From IMG/VR virus record IMGVR_UViG_3300037245_000888, positions 47,833-111,832 of that record: a DNA stretch of 64,000 nt. One strand, given 5' to 3'. Position 1 is the stretch's first letter. Each line of letters starts with the position of its first letter. Of this stretch, positions 1-10,085 are shown piece by piece. The notes beneath the pieces were generated by a model. That model made no database searches. It saw only the letters and a list, made by a program, of their open reading frames with translations, and was not told the DNA's origin. The stretch is from a virus. The position numbers were made by a program, and so were the translations under genes.

Positions 1-1
1 A

Positions 2-1909
2 CATGCTGCAGGAACAATAGTTAGCCCAATTCCATTAGAGGATAATGTTGGCACGTTTACATCTTCAACAAATAACTATCCGATATCACAATTAAATATG
101 AAGGAGATTGATAGTTTGAATTTCGTGAAACTTGATATACTTGGACTGGATAATTGGGAGGTTATACTCAAGTCATGCAAGCTGGCCGGAATAGATACAT
201 TGGTACCTGATAATATGGATTTCTCAGATCAAGAAGTGTGGGATAATATGTTATTAGATCCGATTGGTATGTTTCAATTTGAGGGAGATTTTGCACATAG
301 TTATTTAAGAAAGGTTTTTAGAAAATCCAACATAGATAAAATGAAAGCTAATATGATTGGCATACCTGAAGAGTTGAAGACTATAATTATACTTGGTATT
401 GTGAATGGTGCAATAAGACCAGCAGGAGCTTCATATAGAGATGCATTGGCAAATGGTGATTACAATGATAACGGACACAAAGTTTTAAATGATTTCCTAT
501 CACCAACATTGGGATATTTAATATTCCAAGAGCAGATAATAGAATTCTTAAATAGGTTCTGTGGATTCACAATGGGAGAGGCTGACACTGTCCGTAGAGG
601 GTTTGCTAAAAAGACAGGTACAGAGAAATATATACCTAGAATAACAAGTGGATTTATTAAGATTATGCATGATGAATATGGTGTATGTAAAAAGGAATCT
701 GAGGCGATAATAATCTCTTTCCTAAAAGTTATAGAAGATGCTAGTTTTTACTTATTCTCAAAGAACCATGCTGATCCATACTCAATGTTAGGATTCGCAA
801 CTGCATATCTTAGAACATATCACCCATTAGAATTCTTTACATCTATGCTTGAGGTCAATTTATCAAACATGGATAAGACTAATCAAATAATGAAATATAT
901 AAATAAATTTACAAATATAAGAGTCAAGCCAGCACAATTTGGAAGATCGACTGCACATTATTCTTGTAGCAAAGAGAATAATACAATCTACAAAGGCATT
1001 GCATCAATTAAAACATTAGGAGTGTCAGTAGGCGATGCATTTGAAAAGCTTAATAGTGGGTCATACAAGACGTTTATGGACGCATTAGACGGCATATATC
1101 AATATGATAATGTTATGTATATCAGAAGGTATGAACGTGCTTTAAAGGATGATCTAAAGGTTTTAAAGAAGCAGTGGAAAGAAGATGGGTTTAATAAAGA
1201 TGAGATAAAAGAAAAGAATGAAGTAGAGAAAACTATAATAGCGAACAAAGTAAAGGATGAAAGAGTCATGTGTCCAACTAATCAATTGGTGGGAGACTCT
1301 GCAATAGAATTATTAATAGGACTTTCATTCTTCAAAGAGTATGGAAAATCTCAATATCTAATAAACATTCTCAAGGCATATTCTAAAATTAGATATGCTA
1401 TGGCATTAAAAAAATCATCACTTGAGTCACTTGATATTGAATGGATAAAAATAATTATAAACAATTCAAAAGAGACAGACTCACAATATTCACAACTTGA
1501 CACAGATAAAATATTACCTGAAATTATAGACATTATTCAAGATGTTGATATTTCAATAGATAATTGTTTATTACTTCAGGCTGAATATCTTGGATATATA
1601 AATGGCGAGTTGATAGAAAACCCACCATCTAAATATTGTATAATCAATATGGTAAATAAAAGATATACACCATATCTAAGACTACAGAGTTTGACAGGTA
1701 AGCAATTTGATGCTAAGATTGATAAAAGAACATTTAACTATAAGTTAGAGCAAGGAGATATACTTGAGCTAAGAAAGATAGTTAAAAAACCACAATATAA
1801 AATGGTTGGTGAGAAAACCAATGGAAAACCTGATTATGTTGAAGATAAAACTAAACCTCTAATTATATGGGTTACTGATTATAGGGTTGTTGAAAAGGGA
1901 GGAGAATAA
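2..1909 (+). CDS. dnaE: DNA polymerase III alpha subunit (DnaE-type), 5' part outside window
   Basis: Frame is open from nt 2 (HAAG motif). Contains KLDILGL, GMFQFE, IRP, T-GYLIFQEQ, YLFSKNHA-Y, Y-P-EF and a C-terminal OB-like region. Confidence 0.93.
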   Translation, partial: HAAGTIVSPIPLEDNVGTFTSSTNNYPISQLNMKEIDSLNFVKLDILGLDNWEVILKSCKLAGIDTLVPDNMDFSDQEVWDNMLLDPIGMFQFEGDFAHSYLRKVFRKSNIDKMKANMIGIPEELKTIIILGIVNGAIRPAGASYRDALANGDYNDNGHKVLNDFLSPTLGYLIFQEQIIEFLNRFCGFTMGEADTVRRGFAKKTGTEKYIPRITSGFIKIMHDEYGVCKKESEAIIISFLKVIEDASFYLFSKNHADPYSMLGFATAYLRTYHPLEFFTSMLEVNLSNMDKTNQIMKYINKFTNIRVKPAQFGRSTAHYSCSKENNTIYKGIASIKTLGVSVGDAFEKLNSGSYKTFMDALDGIYQYDNVMYIRRYERALKDDLKVLKKQWKEDGFNKDEIKEKNEVEKTIIANKVKDERVMCPTNQLVGDSAIELLIGLSFFKEYGKSQYLINILKAYSKIRYAMALKKSSLESLDIEWIKIIINNSKETDSQYSQLDTDKILPEIIDIIQDVDISIDNCLLLQAEYLGYINGELIENPPSKYCIINMVNKRYTPYLRLQSLTGKQFDAKIDKRTFNYKLEQGDILELRKIVKKPQYKMVGEKTNGKPDYVEDKTKPLIIWVTDYRVVEKGGE

Positions 1910-1910
1910 T

Positions 1911-4364
1911 TTGAGTGAAGAAAAAAATATTGTTGAGTTCAAATGTGAGATTGAAAATTGTGTATTCCAGAGTGACAACTGGAGTATATATGCAGCAATA
2001 CCTAAATTTGATTCAGTAGATGTATCTGACAAGGATATATTCTCTGAGTCTGAAGTCAAGGATGATGGATTTAAATACAACAAATACAATAATATAACAC
2101 TAGTTGGTAATTTACCATCATTAGATTTATATCAAGAATATACGATTAAAGCAGATGTTACAAATGATCCTAATTATGGATGGCAATATAAAGTTATAAC
2201 ACTGCATAGAGATGTTCCAGCTAGTGATGCTGCGACTAGAGATTTCCTAGCGTCTATACTGACATACGATCAATGTAGTGTCGTATTAGAAGTTTATCCC
2301 GATGTTGTAAATATGGTAATAGATGGCAATGAAAAAGAAATAGATGTCACTAAACTTCATAATATAGGTGAATTCAGAAAAGGTAAGATGATAGACAAGA
2401 TACAGGAAAACTATGTTTATATGGATTTACTTTCAGAATTTAAGGACTTTGATTTATCTTTATCTACAGTGAAAGCATTATTTACGAAGCATGGGTCATC
2501 CGAAAAGGTTAAGCAAGTATTTTATAAAGATCCATACAAATTCTTAATGGACATGGATAGGATAGGATTCAAAAGAGCGGATGATAAAATATTGAGAAAG
2601 ATGCCTGAATTAAAGAGTAGCTATATAAGATGTAAAGCATATTTTGATAAATATATTATGGATATGGAGGGCAAAGGACATACAATTATATCACTTCCAA
2701 AGTTAGAAGAGTCTGTAAGAGAAAATATAATAGATAGCTATGAGTATTTTGATGAAGTTCAAAGCGATGAAAGATTCAAAAAGATAAAGAATTTTATCAT
2801 GAGAAAAGAAACATTTGATAAAGAATTGTATATAGCTCAGACTTTAATCGATATGCAATATGGTAATGAGCTAAGAGTATGGGATTATGATTTTGTAGAC
2901 ATTAATAAAGACAAAGAATTCCCTGCAACATTAGAACAGATAGCTGCAATGAATGACGCATTAATTAATAACGTGAGTATGTTATTTGCAATAGGTGGGT
3001 CTGGAAAGTCATTTGCTATGAAAACTCTACTAGATGTATTAGATGAATTAAATAAAACGTCTCTATGGTTGGCTCCAACAGGTAGGGCAAGCAAGGTTTT
3101 ATCTGATTATATTGGAAGAGGAGCAAGCACAATACACAGAGGTTTGGCATACAATCCTTCACAGTCTCCTAAATGGGGATACAATGAAAACAGTAAATTG
3201 AATTGTGATATTGTTATTATTGATGAGGGCTCAATGATCGATGTAGATTTAATGTATAGATTATGCTTAGCAATTGATCCAAGCGTAACTAAATTATTTA
3301 TAGTTGGAGACGATTATCAAATACCTTCAGTTGGAAAAGGTAATGTTGCATACGATATGCTCAGATCAACATTTATAAATGTATCTAGATTAACAAAAGT
3401 ATTCAGATACAAAGCTGGAGGCATGGCAAAAGTATTAGATGATATGAGACTTGGAAAAGTATTCTTTGATAGAAAAACATTGAAAGAAGGCGTAAATACA
3501 TTTGGAGAAGATAAAGATTATGTATTAATTAAGACTCCACAAGAGAAGTCAAGTGGGACAATATTATCTATATACAACAAAATGATATTGCAAGGAGTCC
3601 CACATACGGATATAATGATAACAATGACAATGAATGTTCATGAACACGGTGCAATAAAAATTAATAAAATGATACAAAAATATTTACTCGACAAAACTAA
3701 ATTGTTGGATAAAAATAGAAACATAAAGTCTAATGGAATGGATTGGTATGTTGGAGATATAGTAATGCAAACGTCAAACGATTATAAGGCTGAAATATCA
3801 GAAAGCTTATTTGAGAGCTCATCACCGTTTGTAGGTGAAGTATTTAATGGATCAGTAGGAAAGATTATAGATATTCAAAGAGATAAAGCATTGATAGAGT
3901 TTGATGGCGTTAAATTAGTCTACACAAAGAGTAAATTCTATAACCTGCTATTGGGTTATGCCGTCAATATATATAAACTACAGGGTGGTCAGGCTCCATA
4001 TATTATACTATCTACACCAAAAGCTCATACATTTAATATGAATAAAAATCTAATGTATACAGGTGGAAGTAGAGCAAAGAAAAGACTGTTCCATATTACT
4101 GATATAGATATTATATTATCAGCATTGTCTAAGTCTGCAACATTTGAAAGAGATACACTACTTGGACATTTACTAAAGAAAGTATATTTAGATTGGTCTA
4201 AAGAAAAAGTGGTTAAACCGTATGTTGAAAAAGAACACAATAATAGAAATCATCAATTTGGATTAGGCGATAGAAAACCACCAACTATAGGTAAAACATA
4301 TAAAGACTCAAATACGTTTAGAGGCTTCACAGCTATGGATGGAGACGATGACATACCTTTCTAA
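1911..4364 (+). CDS. recD2: RecD2-like SF1B helicase with SSB-like C-terminal tail
   Basis: Motifs GGSGKS, APTGRA, STIHR, DEGSM, GDDYQIPSVG, YAVNIYKLQG, NLMYTG-SRA, plus HhH IGFKRAD. TTG start at 1911 after GGAGGAG. Ends MDGDDDIPF. Confidence 0.9.
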   Translation: MSEEKNIVEFKCEIENCVFQSDNWSIYAAIPKFDSVDVSDKDIFSESEVKDDGFKYNKYNNITLVGNLPSLDLYQEYTIKADVTNDPNYGWQYKVITLHRDVPASDAATRDFLASILTYDQCSVVLEVYPDVVNMVIDGNEKEIDVTKLHNIGEFRKGKMIDKIQENYVYMDLLSEFKDFDLSLSTVKALFTKHGSSEKVKQVFYKDPYKFLMDMDRIGFKRADDKILRKMPELKSSYIRCKAYFDKYIMDMEGKGHTIISLPKLEESVRENIIDSYEYFDEVQSDERFKKIKNFIMRKETFDKELYIAQTLIDMQYGNELRVWDYDFVDINKDKEFPATLEQIAAMNDALINNVSMLFAIGGSGKSFAMKTLLDVLDELNKTSLWLAPTGRASKVLSDYIGRGASTIHRGLAYNPSQSPKWGYNENSKLNCDIVIIDEGSMIDVDLMYRLCLAIDPSVTKLFIVGDDYQIPSVGKGNVAYDMLRSTFINVSRLTKVFRYKAGGMAKVLDDMRLGKVFFDRKTLKEGVNTFGEDKDYVLIKTPQEKSSGTILSIYNKMILQGVPHTDIMITMTMNVHEHGAIKINKMIQKYLLDKTKLLDKNRNIKSNGMDWYVGDIVMQTSNDYKAEISESLFESSSPFVGEVFNGSVGKIIDIQRDKALIEFDGVKLVYTKSKFYNLLLGYAVNIYKLQGGQAPYIILSTPKAHTFNMNKNLMYTGGSRAKKRLFHITDIDIILSALSKSATFERDTLLGHLLKKVYLDWSKEKVVKPYVEKEHNNRNHQFGLGDRKPPTIGKTYKDSNTFRGFTAMDGDDDIPF

Positions 4365-4387
4365 ACAACTAAAAGGAGAAATAAAAT

Positions 4388-7288
4388 ATGAACACGAAAA
4401 TCACAAATAACATTAAAATATCACAAATCAAAAATACAAAAGTATGTGCATTTAAAGGCTTCATGTCAACATTCAACGTGAGAGGTGGGTCTACCCCATT
4501 CCTCCACCTCTTATCTCTACATAAGAAATTTATAAGAGAACATGATAATATGACTGTTATAGAAGAATTCTTTGATGAAAATGTAGATGATTCGTACTTT
4601 CATTCTACTGTGGCCTTAGATATCGAGAAGAACTTATTCACTAAAAATTTAACTAGAATGTACGACTATTTCAAGTCTAATAACGCTACTATAATAGATT
4701 CTAAAGGTGGCTCATTCGATTACAATCACAATGGACAAACTATAGAAACTAAATATGATATGATTATTGAATATCCAGATAGAATTGAAGTTGTTAAAAT
4801 TGCTAACACTATTCCTAAGCTGTCATATAACGCTAAATCAGAGAAAAACTTACCAAGCAACAATCTAGAATTGTTCTTACTATCTGAGGGTGGTAAGAGT
4901 GCCTTTAACAGTGGTGGAACGTTGTTTGATAACATTAGTCTAGGGATTACAGATAAGCCTGTATATGGGTCTTTTTACCACCTACAGGGTAAGGCTGACA
5001 AGGATTCAGATAAGAAAAGTAAAATAGTTAAAAATTGTTATCAGATGTGGTTGAAAGGTGATTTCAAAGGTATTCAACATGAATTAAATGAGTTACAAGA
5101 ACTATATTATTATTATCATGAATTAGGTAAGAATGGAAAAGCAAAACCCTTTATGACTAAAATTAATAAAATTAACTCAATCCTAAAGTTTGATCACAAT
5201 CATGGTAATCACATTATCTCTGAAGTAAAGTTTGATAAATATAATATTCTATCTGAATTAGATGATATATTATCTGTTGAGTTAAATATGGATAGTGATA
5301 AATGTTCAGGAACCCATTGTACTATGTGTCCAAGTAAAGTATTATGTGACGCAAAGAAGTATACTCATATCGACTTAGAAGAGATAGTTGATGAAATTGA
5401 GGATGCTGATGATTGGACTAAGCTGCTTGATGATAATTATGAGTTAATAGAGAAGGTTGAGATTAAACCAACTAATCAGCAACAAGCAGTGATAGATACC
5501 AAAGAAGGATTTATTAGAGTTAACTCAGCATGTGGAACAGGTAAGTCTGAAACTACAGCTCAGAGATTTAAATCATTAATTCAAGATGGAGTTGAGTCAA
5601 ATAAAATACTTGGAATCACATTCACAAACAAAGGTGGACAGGAGTTAAGAGATAGAGTTTCAAAGAGAGCTAACGTTGATAAAAATGATCTTGAGATTTA
5701 TACATTTAACTCACTAGGCTCTCATATATTAAATAATGAGTTTGAATTATTAGGATTCACAAAAGAACCAACTATCGTAGATAATATCACGAAAGTAGAA
5801 ACTATGTTATCTATATTAAGAAATCCAAAGTACTATAGTATTGATTGGTTAAATATGAAATTACCATTACTATCTATGATCAATGCTAAAGGTGCAGTTT
5901 ATGAATTATTTGCTGCATTCAGCAAGAAGAAAACATTTGATACGTTTGGTGATTACGATAAAGAGCAACTGGAAATTATTCAAGAAATGTTCGATGAATA
6001 TAATAAAGCCGTTTGGAGTAAAGATAAAATTGACTATCAAGACCAAATATTATTAGTTAATGAATTATTCGAAAACCATCCACAGCTTATTGAGAAATAT
6101 GGATTTACACACATTATGACTGATGAGTTTCAAGATACTAATAAAATGCAAGTATACTTGCTTAATCAATTATCAACATACACAGAGTTTGTATCAATGA
6201 TGAATGTAGGTGACGCATCTCAAAGTATATACAGTTTTGCTGGATCCTCACAAGAATATATGTTAAACTTCGAAGCATATTTTGGAGAGTTCACAGATTT
6301 ATCAATGACAACTAATTTCAGATCAACAACGCAAATTTGCGATTTTGCCAATAAATTGGATAGATTAAATACTATCAGAATAGATAAAACAATGACATCA
6401 TTCAAAGGAAATGGAGAAGAAGTAGAATTACTCTCATACGATACCCTAGAAGACGAATATAGGGACGTAGCGAACCTTATTAAGTTTTCTGATACTAACT
6501 ATCAAGACACTGCTATACTGGCAAGAACGAAGGCTGAGCTGCTTAAAATGCAACGTGTGTTAAGTGATAATAATATACCTAGTATAATTGATGTCACTGA
6601 AAGAAATATAGACAATCATACTGTTAGGCTTGCTATTAATTTAGCTCAGTATTTAAACAACCCAAAAGAGAATCAATATTTGTTAGATCACATTTCATAT
6701 TTAAATCCAGAAGTGTCCAGTGATGATGAGTTAAATAATCTTATGGATAGTGTTGGTAAAACATTAACAGATGTAATTAACAATATTATCACTGAAGAAG
6801 AAAGACTAGAAGAAGGTTTGGATGCTAATGAGTCTATTGAATTAACTAGATTAGAATTATATTTAGATTTAGTTAGACCATTAAGAGACTCTGATGAAGT
6901 ATGTGACAAGTTTATTGAAGGTGTATTAAATAGTAGAACATTCATATCAATATCTGATTTATCTTCTTATTTAAAGAAACATGTAGATTATAATGATGCT
7001 GGACAAGTTGAGAAAGATGAAAGAAAATGGAAAGCTGTTAAACTTACAACTCTTCATTCTAGTAAGGGACAAGAATTTAATACTACTTTCGTTCTCCTTG
7101 ACAAAATGAAATATGATCACAAAATGTCACTAAAGGATTTGGAGGAAGAGAGGAGATTACTCTTTGTTGGCTGTACTAGGTCAAAGGATAAGTTGTACAT
7201 CATGTATAACAAGAATATGGATAAGAAACGTGGAGCTGGCAAGTATTGCTTGTTTGCTGATGAAGTTGCTATGATATTACAAGATTAA
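4388..7288 (+). CDS. UvrD/PcrA-family helicase with N-terminal PD-(D/E)XK-like, Cys-rich domain
   Basis: Motifs SACGTGKS, ITFTNKG, TDEFQDTN, VGDASQSIYSF, NFRS, TLHSSKGQEF, EERRLLFVGCTR. The N-terminal 330 aa has one early Cys and CSGTHCTMCPSKVLC. Confidence 0.88.
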   Translation: MNTKITNNIKISQIKNTKVCAFKGFMSTFNVRGGSTPFLHLLSLHKKFIREHDNMTVIEEFFDENVDDSYFHSTVALDIEKNLFTKNLTRMYDYFKSNNATIIDSKGGSFDYNHNGQTIETKYDMIIEYPDRIEVVKIANTIPKLSYNAKSEKNLPSNNLELFLLSEGGKSAFNSGGTLFDNISLGITDKPVYGSFYHLQGKADKDSDKKSKIVKNCYQMWLKGDFKGIQHELNELQELYYYYHELGKNGKAKPFMTKINKINSILKFDHNHGNHIISEVKFDKYNILSELDDILSVELNMDSDKCSGTHCTMCPSKVLCDAKKYTHIDLEEIVDEIEDADDWTKLLDDNYELIEKVEIKPTNQQQAVIDTKEGFIRVNSACGTGKSETTAQRFKSLIQDGVESNKILGITFTNKGGQELRDRVSKRANVDKNDLEIYTFNSLGSHILNNEFELLGFTKEPTIVDNITKVETMLSILRNPKYYSIDWLNMKLPLLSMINAKGAVYELFAAFSKKKTFDTFGDYDKEQLEIIQEMFDEYNKAVWSKDKIDYQDQILLVNELFENHPQLIEKYGFTHIMTDEFQDTNKMQVYLLNQLSTYTEFVSMMNVGDASQSIYSFAGSSQEYMLNFEAYFGEFTDLSMTTNFRSTTQICDFANKLDRLNTIRIDKTMTSFKGNGEEVELLSYDTLEDEYRDVANLIKFSDTNYQDTAILARTKAELLKMQRVLSDNNIPSIIDVTERNIDNHTVRLAINLAQYLNNPKENQYLLDHISYLNPEVSSDDELNNLMDSVGKTLTDVINNIITEEERLEEGLDANESIELTRLELYLDLVRPLRDSDEVCDKFIEGVLNSRTFISISDLSSYLKKHVDYNDAGQVEKDERKWKAVKLTTLHSSKGQEFNTTFVLLDKMKYDHKMSLKDLEEERRLLFVGCTRSKDKLYIMYNKNMDKKRGAGKYCLFADEVAMILQD

Positions 7289-7320
7289 CCAAACTAAATA
7301 AAATAAATCTAATAAAAGCA

Positions 7321-7349
7321 TTGACATTAAGTTGTTGATGCTTTATTAT
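7321..7349 (+). promoter_or_regulatory. sigma-A promoter TTGACA-17-TATTAT inside an inverted repeat
   Basis: -35 at 7321-7326 and -10 at 7344-7349. Imperfect inverted repeat AAAGCATTGACA/TGTTGATGCTTT. Confidence 0.75.
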
Positions 7350-7395
7350 ATTACATATAGGGAACAGGAAAACAATATTGAGGAGGAAATTAATA

Positions 7396-7944
7396 ATGGG
7401 AATGTATACAGGAATCAGATTTAAGGGAACAGTAAAAGAAGAGTTTAGAAAAGGGTTTGGTATTATTGCTATTGAAGGAGATTGGGAATTACATTTAGAT
7501 GATAACTTAAAAGCATTTGGAGATAATGTAGGTAGAAGTGGTTTTATCCCATGTGGATGCTTATCATATATGCCTGATAAATGGGAGAAGGATTATATTA
7601 ATCCAGAAGGCAATAAGGAGCCTGAATTTAGCTCAGATAAAGACAAACCAATTGAAGAAGTTAAATATTACAAACAAGTTGACACAGATGGATTTAAAAG
7701 AACATATAATGAAGAAACTGGTTATTGGACTTTCCAATGTTCATTAAAGAATTATGAATCTGAGATTGAAATATTCTTTAAATTATTACCTTATTTTATT
7801 GAGTCGATTGATCACTTAGAATATTTCTATGAAGAAGATACATGGTCACAAAAGTATGAATTAGTGAATGGAAAGGTTGTTGAGACAAGTGATAAATTTG
7901 TACTGTATGGATATGAAGATGAAAATAGTAAGTGGGGTTATTAA
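7396..7944 (+). CDS. hypothetical phage protein
   Basis: ORF with GAGGAGG RBS before ATG at 7396. Confidence 0.7.
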   Translation: MGMYTGIRFKGTVKEEFRKGFGIIAIEGDWELHLDDNLKAFGDNVGRSGFIPCGCLSYMPDKWEKDYINPEGNKEPEFSSDKDKPIEEVKYYKQVDTDGFKRTYNEETGYWTFQCSLKNYESEIEIFFKLLPYFIESIDHLEYFYEEDTWSQKYELVNGKVVETSDKFVLYGYEDENSKWGY

Positions 7945-7945
7945 A

Positions 7946-8383
7946 ATGAATTCAAATACAACATTAGAAGAATTAGATTTATCGGTAAGAGCATATAATT
8001 GCTTAAAGAGACACAGAATTAATACACTTGGACAATTAGAGAAATTAACTCATGAAGATTTATTGAAAGTTAGAAATATGAATATGAAATGTGTTTTTGA
8101 AGTTGAGAAGAAATTAGGTAGAGTTGATGAAATAGTTGAACATTCTCCATTAGAATTTAAACCTAATGAAATAGTATTCGATAGAAAAAGAGGCTGGTAC
8201 GGTATTTACTTAAGTAAAGTAGATTCAGAATGCTCAGAGGTTCAATTTGAAGATGGATTAACTATCGTCCGAACTAAATGGCTAACACATGTTAATCAAG
8301 TTGCAGTGTTAAAAATTATTAGAGAATATAATGAATTACAGCAAAGAGGTGTGATTGACTTAGGAAATGAATTTGAATATTAA
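7946..8383 (+). CDS. RNA polymerase alpha C-terminal-domain-containing protein
   Basis: [38 protein letters not shown] is the alpha-CTD signature, followed by an unrelated C-terminal domain. Confidence 0.85.
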   Translation: [145 protein letters not shown]

Positions 8384-8394
8384 GGAGAAATAAG

Positions 8395-8556
8395 ATGAAA
8401 TACGAAATTACCTATAAATACACAAGCACAAGGATTTCTACAGTGGAGGCTGATAACGAGGAAGAGGCAATTAAAAAGTTTAACGATGGGCATATCTTAG
8501 AGGACTCAGAAGAAGATTGTGAAGATAGTGTTTTTCAAGATATTAAGAAAATATAA
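8395..8556 (+). CDS. small protein, 53 aa (not in ORF track), DpnD/PcfM-like pattern
   Basis: AAGGAG RBS. Sequence MKYEITYKYTSTRISTVEADNEEEAIKKF... Confidence 0.6.
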   Translation: MKYEITYKYTSTRISTVEADNEEEAIKKFNDGHILEDSEEDCEDSVFQDIKKI

Positions 8557-8568
8557 GGAGGATCACAA

Positions 8569-8769
8569 GTGAAAACTAAAAAGCAAATTAGAAAACAGAT
8601 TAGAGAATTAAAATTAGATCAGAAAAACTTAGGATTAAAAACTGATCGTCGGCTTTGGGGAAGTAAAATGAAACAAATTACTGAGTTATCTCCCAGAGAT
8701 ATGGATAAATTTAGCTCTATACAACTTGAGATTGATGTGTTAAGATGGGTAATGAGGGAGGAGAAATAG
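8569..8769 (+). CDS. hypothetical protein
   Basis: AAGGAGG RBS and GTG start. Confidence 0.65.
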   Translation: MKTKKQIRKQIRELKLDQKNLGLKTDRRLWGSKMKQITELSPRDMDKFSSIQLEIDVLRWVMREEK

Positions 8770-8931
8770 ATGAAAAAAGAAGACTTTAAAGAGATGTTAA
8801 AAGAATGCTTAAAGGAGTTAATAGAAGATGGCACCTTGGCATTTTATAAAGGTGACTATACTGGTGAGTCAAAAATATATTTAAATGACGAACCTATTGG
8901 AAGTATTGATGTGTTACTAAGACGAACATAA
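8770..8931 (+). CDS. small hypothetical protein, 53 aa (not in ORF track)
   Basis: GGAGGAG RBS. Sequence MKKEDFKEMLKECLKELIEDG... fills the gap in the operon. Confidence 0.6.
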   Translation: MKKEDFKEMLKECLKELIEDGTLAFYKGDYTGESKIYLNDEPIGSIDVLLRRT

Positions 8932-8949
8932 GACAATAAGGAGGCTCAA

Positions 8950-9138
8950 ATGATTAAAAAGTTTGTCGTAAGATTCTTAGAATCAATGGTGGACAAATGT
9001 AATTCTGAGATGGAAATTTTAGAAATGGAAGGAAGATCTAACAGTATAAAATACTCTAATGAATGGTTGGATGAGATGCATAATCTTGAAACAAAGAAGA
9101 AACAATCGTTGCAACATGTTATTAGACTATTAAAATAA
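8950..9138 (+). CDS. hypothetical protein
   Basis: AAGGAGG RBS. Confidence 0.65.
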   Translation: MIKKFVVRFLESMVDKCNSEMEILEMEGRSNSIKYSNEWLDEMHNLETKKKQSLQHVIRLLK

Positions 9139-9149
9139 AGGAGGCTTAA

Positions 9150-9740
9150 ATGGCACATGGTAACAATAGGGTTGATATAGATGGATATACTTTTCTATCA
9201 CCCTCTGAAGGACGATTTTATTTAAAAGTTAAAAGAGCAAAAGAAAATGGTGTCATATTAGATTTTGAAATCGCACCAAAGTATGAGCTACAACCAAAGT
9301 TTACAGATTGGAGAGGTAAGAAAATTGATTCAATTGATCATTATCCAGATTTCTTTATTACTCGATTAGATGGAAGTCAATATATTATTGATACTAAAGG
9401 TGGATCATTTCATGAAAAAGATGCTGTTCTAAAACGTAAAATGTGGTTATATAAGAATCAAGGTATCCCATATTATTATGCTTCAGAAATACCAAAGTTT
9501 CTTGGAAAAGTGTGGTGTGAAACAAGCACTGGAAATAACTTTGAAAAGAAGCTCAAAGATTTATATTATAAAATATTACATCCAGATATTAAAAGAGCAA
9601 CAGCTACATCTCCACAAATAAGAAAATCAGAAATTGATGAATACTTTGATTGGGAATGTCTAGATGGACTGTTTAACAGGATGATTAAGAAGTACACTAA
9701 AAAAGAACGTGAGAAAATGGCTAAGGAAAAGGAGAAATAA
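9150..9740 (+). CDS. DUF1064-like PD-(D/E)XK endonuclease
   Basis: Motifs IDGYTF-S-SE, YELQP, YPDF and IIDTKG. Confidence 0.7.
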   Translation: MAHGNNRVDIDGYTFLSPSEGRFYLKVKRAKENGVILDFEIAPKYELQPKFTDWRGKKIDSIDHYPDFFITRLDGSQYIIDTKGGSFHEKDAVLKRKMWLYKNQGIPYYYASEIPKFLGKVWCETSTGNNFEKKLKDLYYKILHPDIKRATATSPQIRKSEIDEYFDWECLDGLFNRMIKKYTKKEREKMAKEKEK

Positions 9741-9742
9741 TA

Positions 9743-10018
9743 ATGAAAGATAATTTAAGTAAAGCAATATTTTTAAAGCATGAAACTGATGAAACTGGAT
9801 ATCCTATAATCGGATATGAATATGTAAAACAATTCCACGATAATGCAAAACAAGCATTCCCAGACAATGTAATATTTTCATATTTTGGATTTGATATTCA
9901 TGTCTTGGAAGGAACAGATTTAATTAAAGTTGAAAGTTTAGAAGAGATCAAAGATATATTAAATCAGAAATTAGAAGATATTAAAGTTAATAGTTTAAAG
10001 GTTGAAGTATCTGAATAA
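9743..10018 (+). CDS. hypothetical protein
   Basis: ORF in operon with an RBS. Confidence 0.6.
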   Translation: MKDNLSKAIFLKHETDETGYPIIGYEYVKQFHDNAKQAFPDNVIFSYFGFDIHVLEGTDLIKVESLEEIKDILNQKLEDIKVNSLKVEVSE

Positions 10019-10030
10019 GTGTGGTATTAT
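10002..10030 (+). promoter_or_regulatory. probable sigma-A promoter TTGAAG-17-TGnTATTAT
   Basis: Extended -10 and 17-bp spacing, upstream of the 10086 gene. Confidence 0.5.
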
Positions 10031-10085
10031 TGATTAGTAAGATATGTTGTGAACCAAACTAAGATTATAAAAGGAGATTAAAAAG

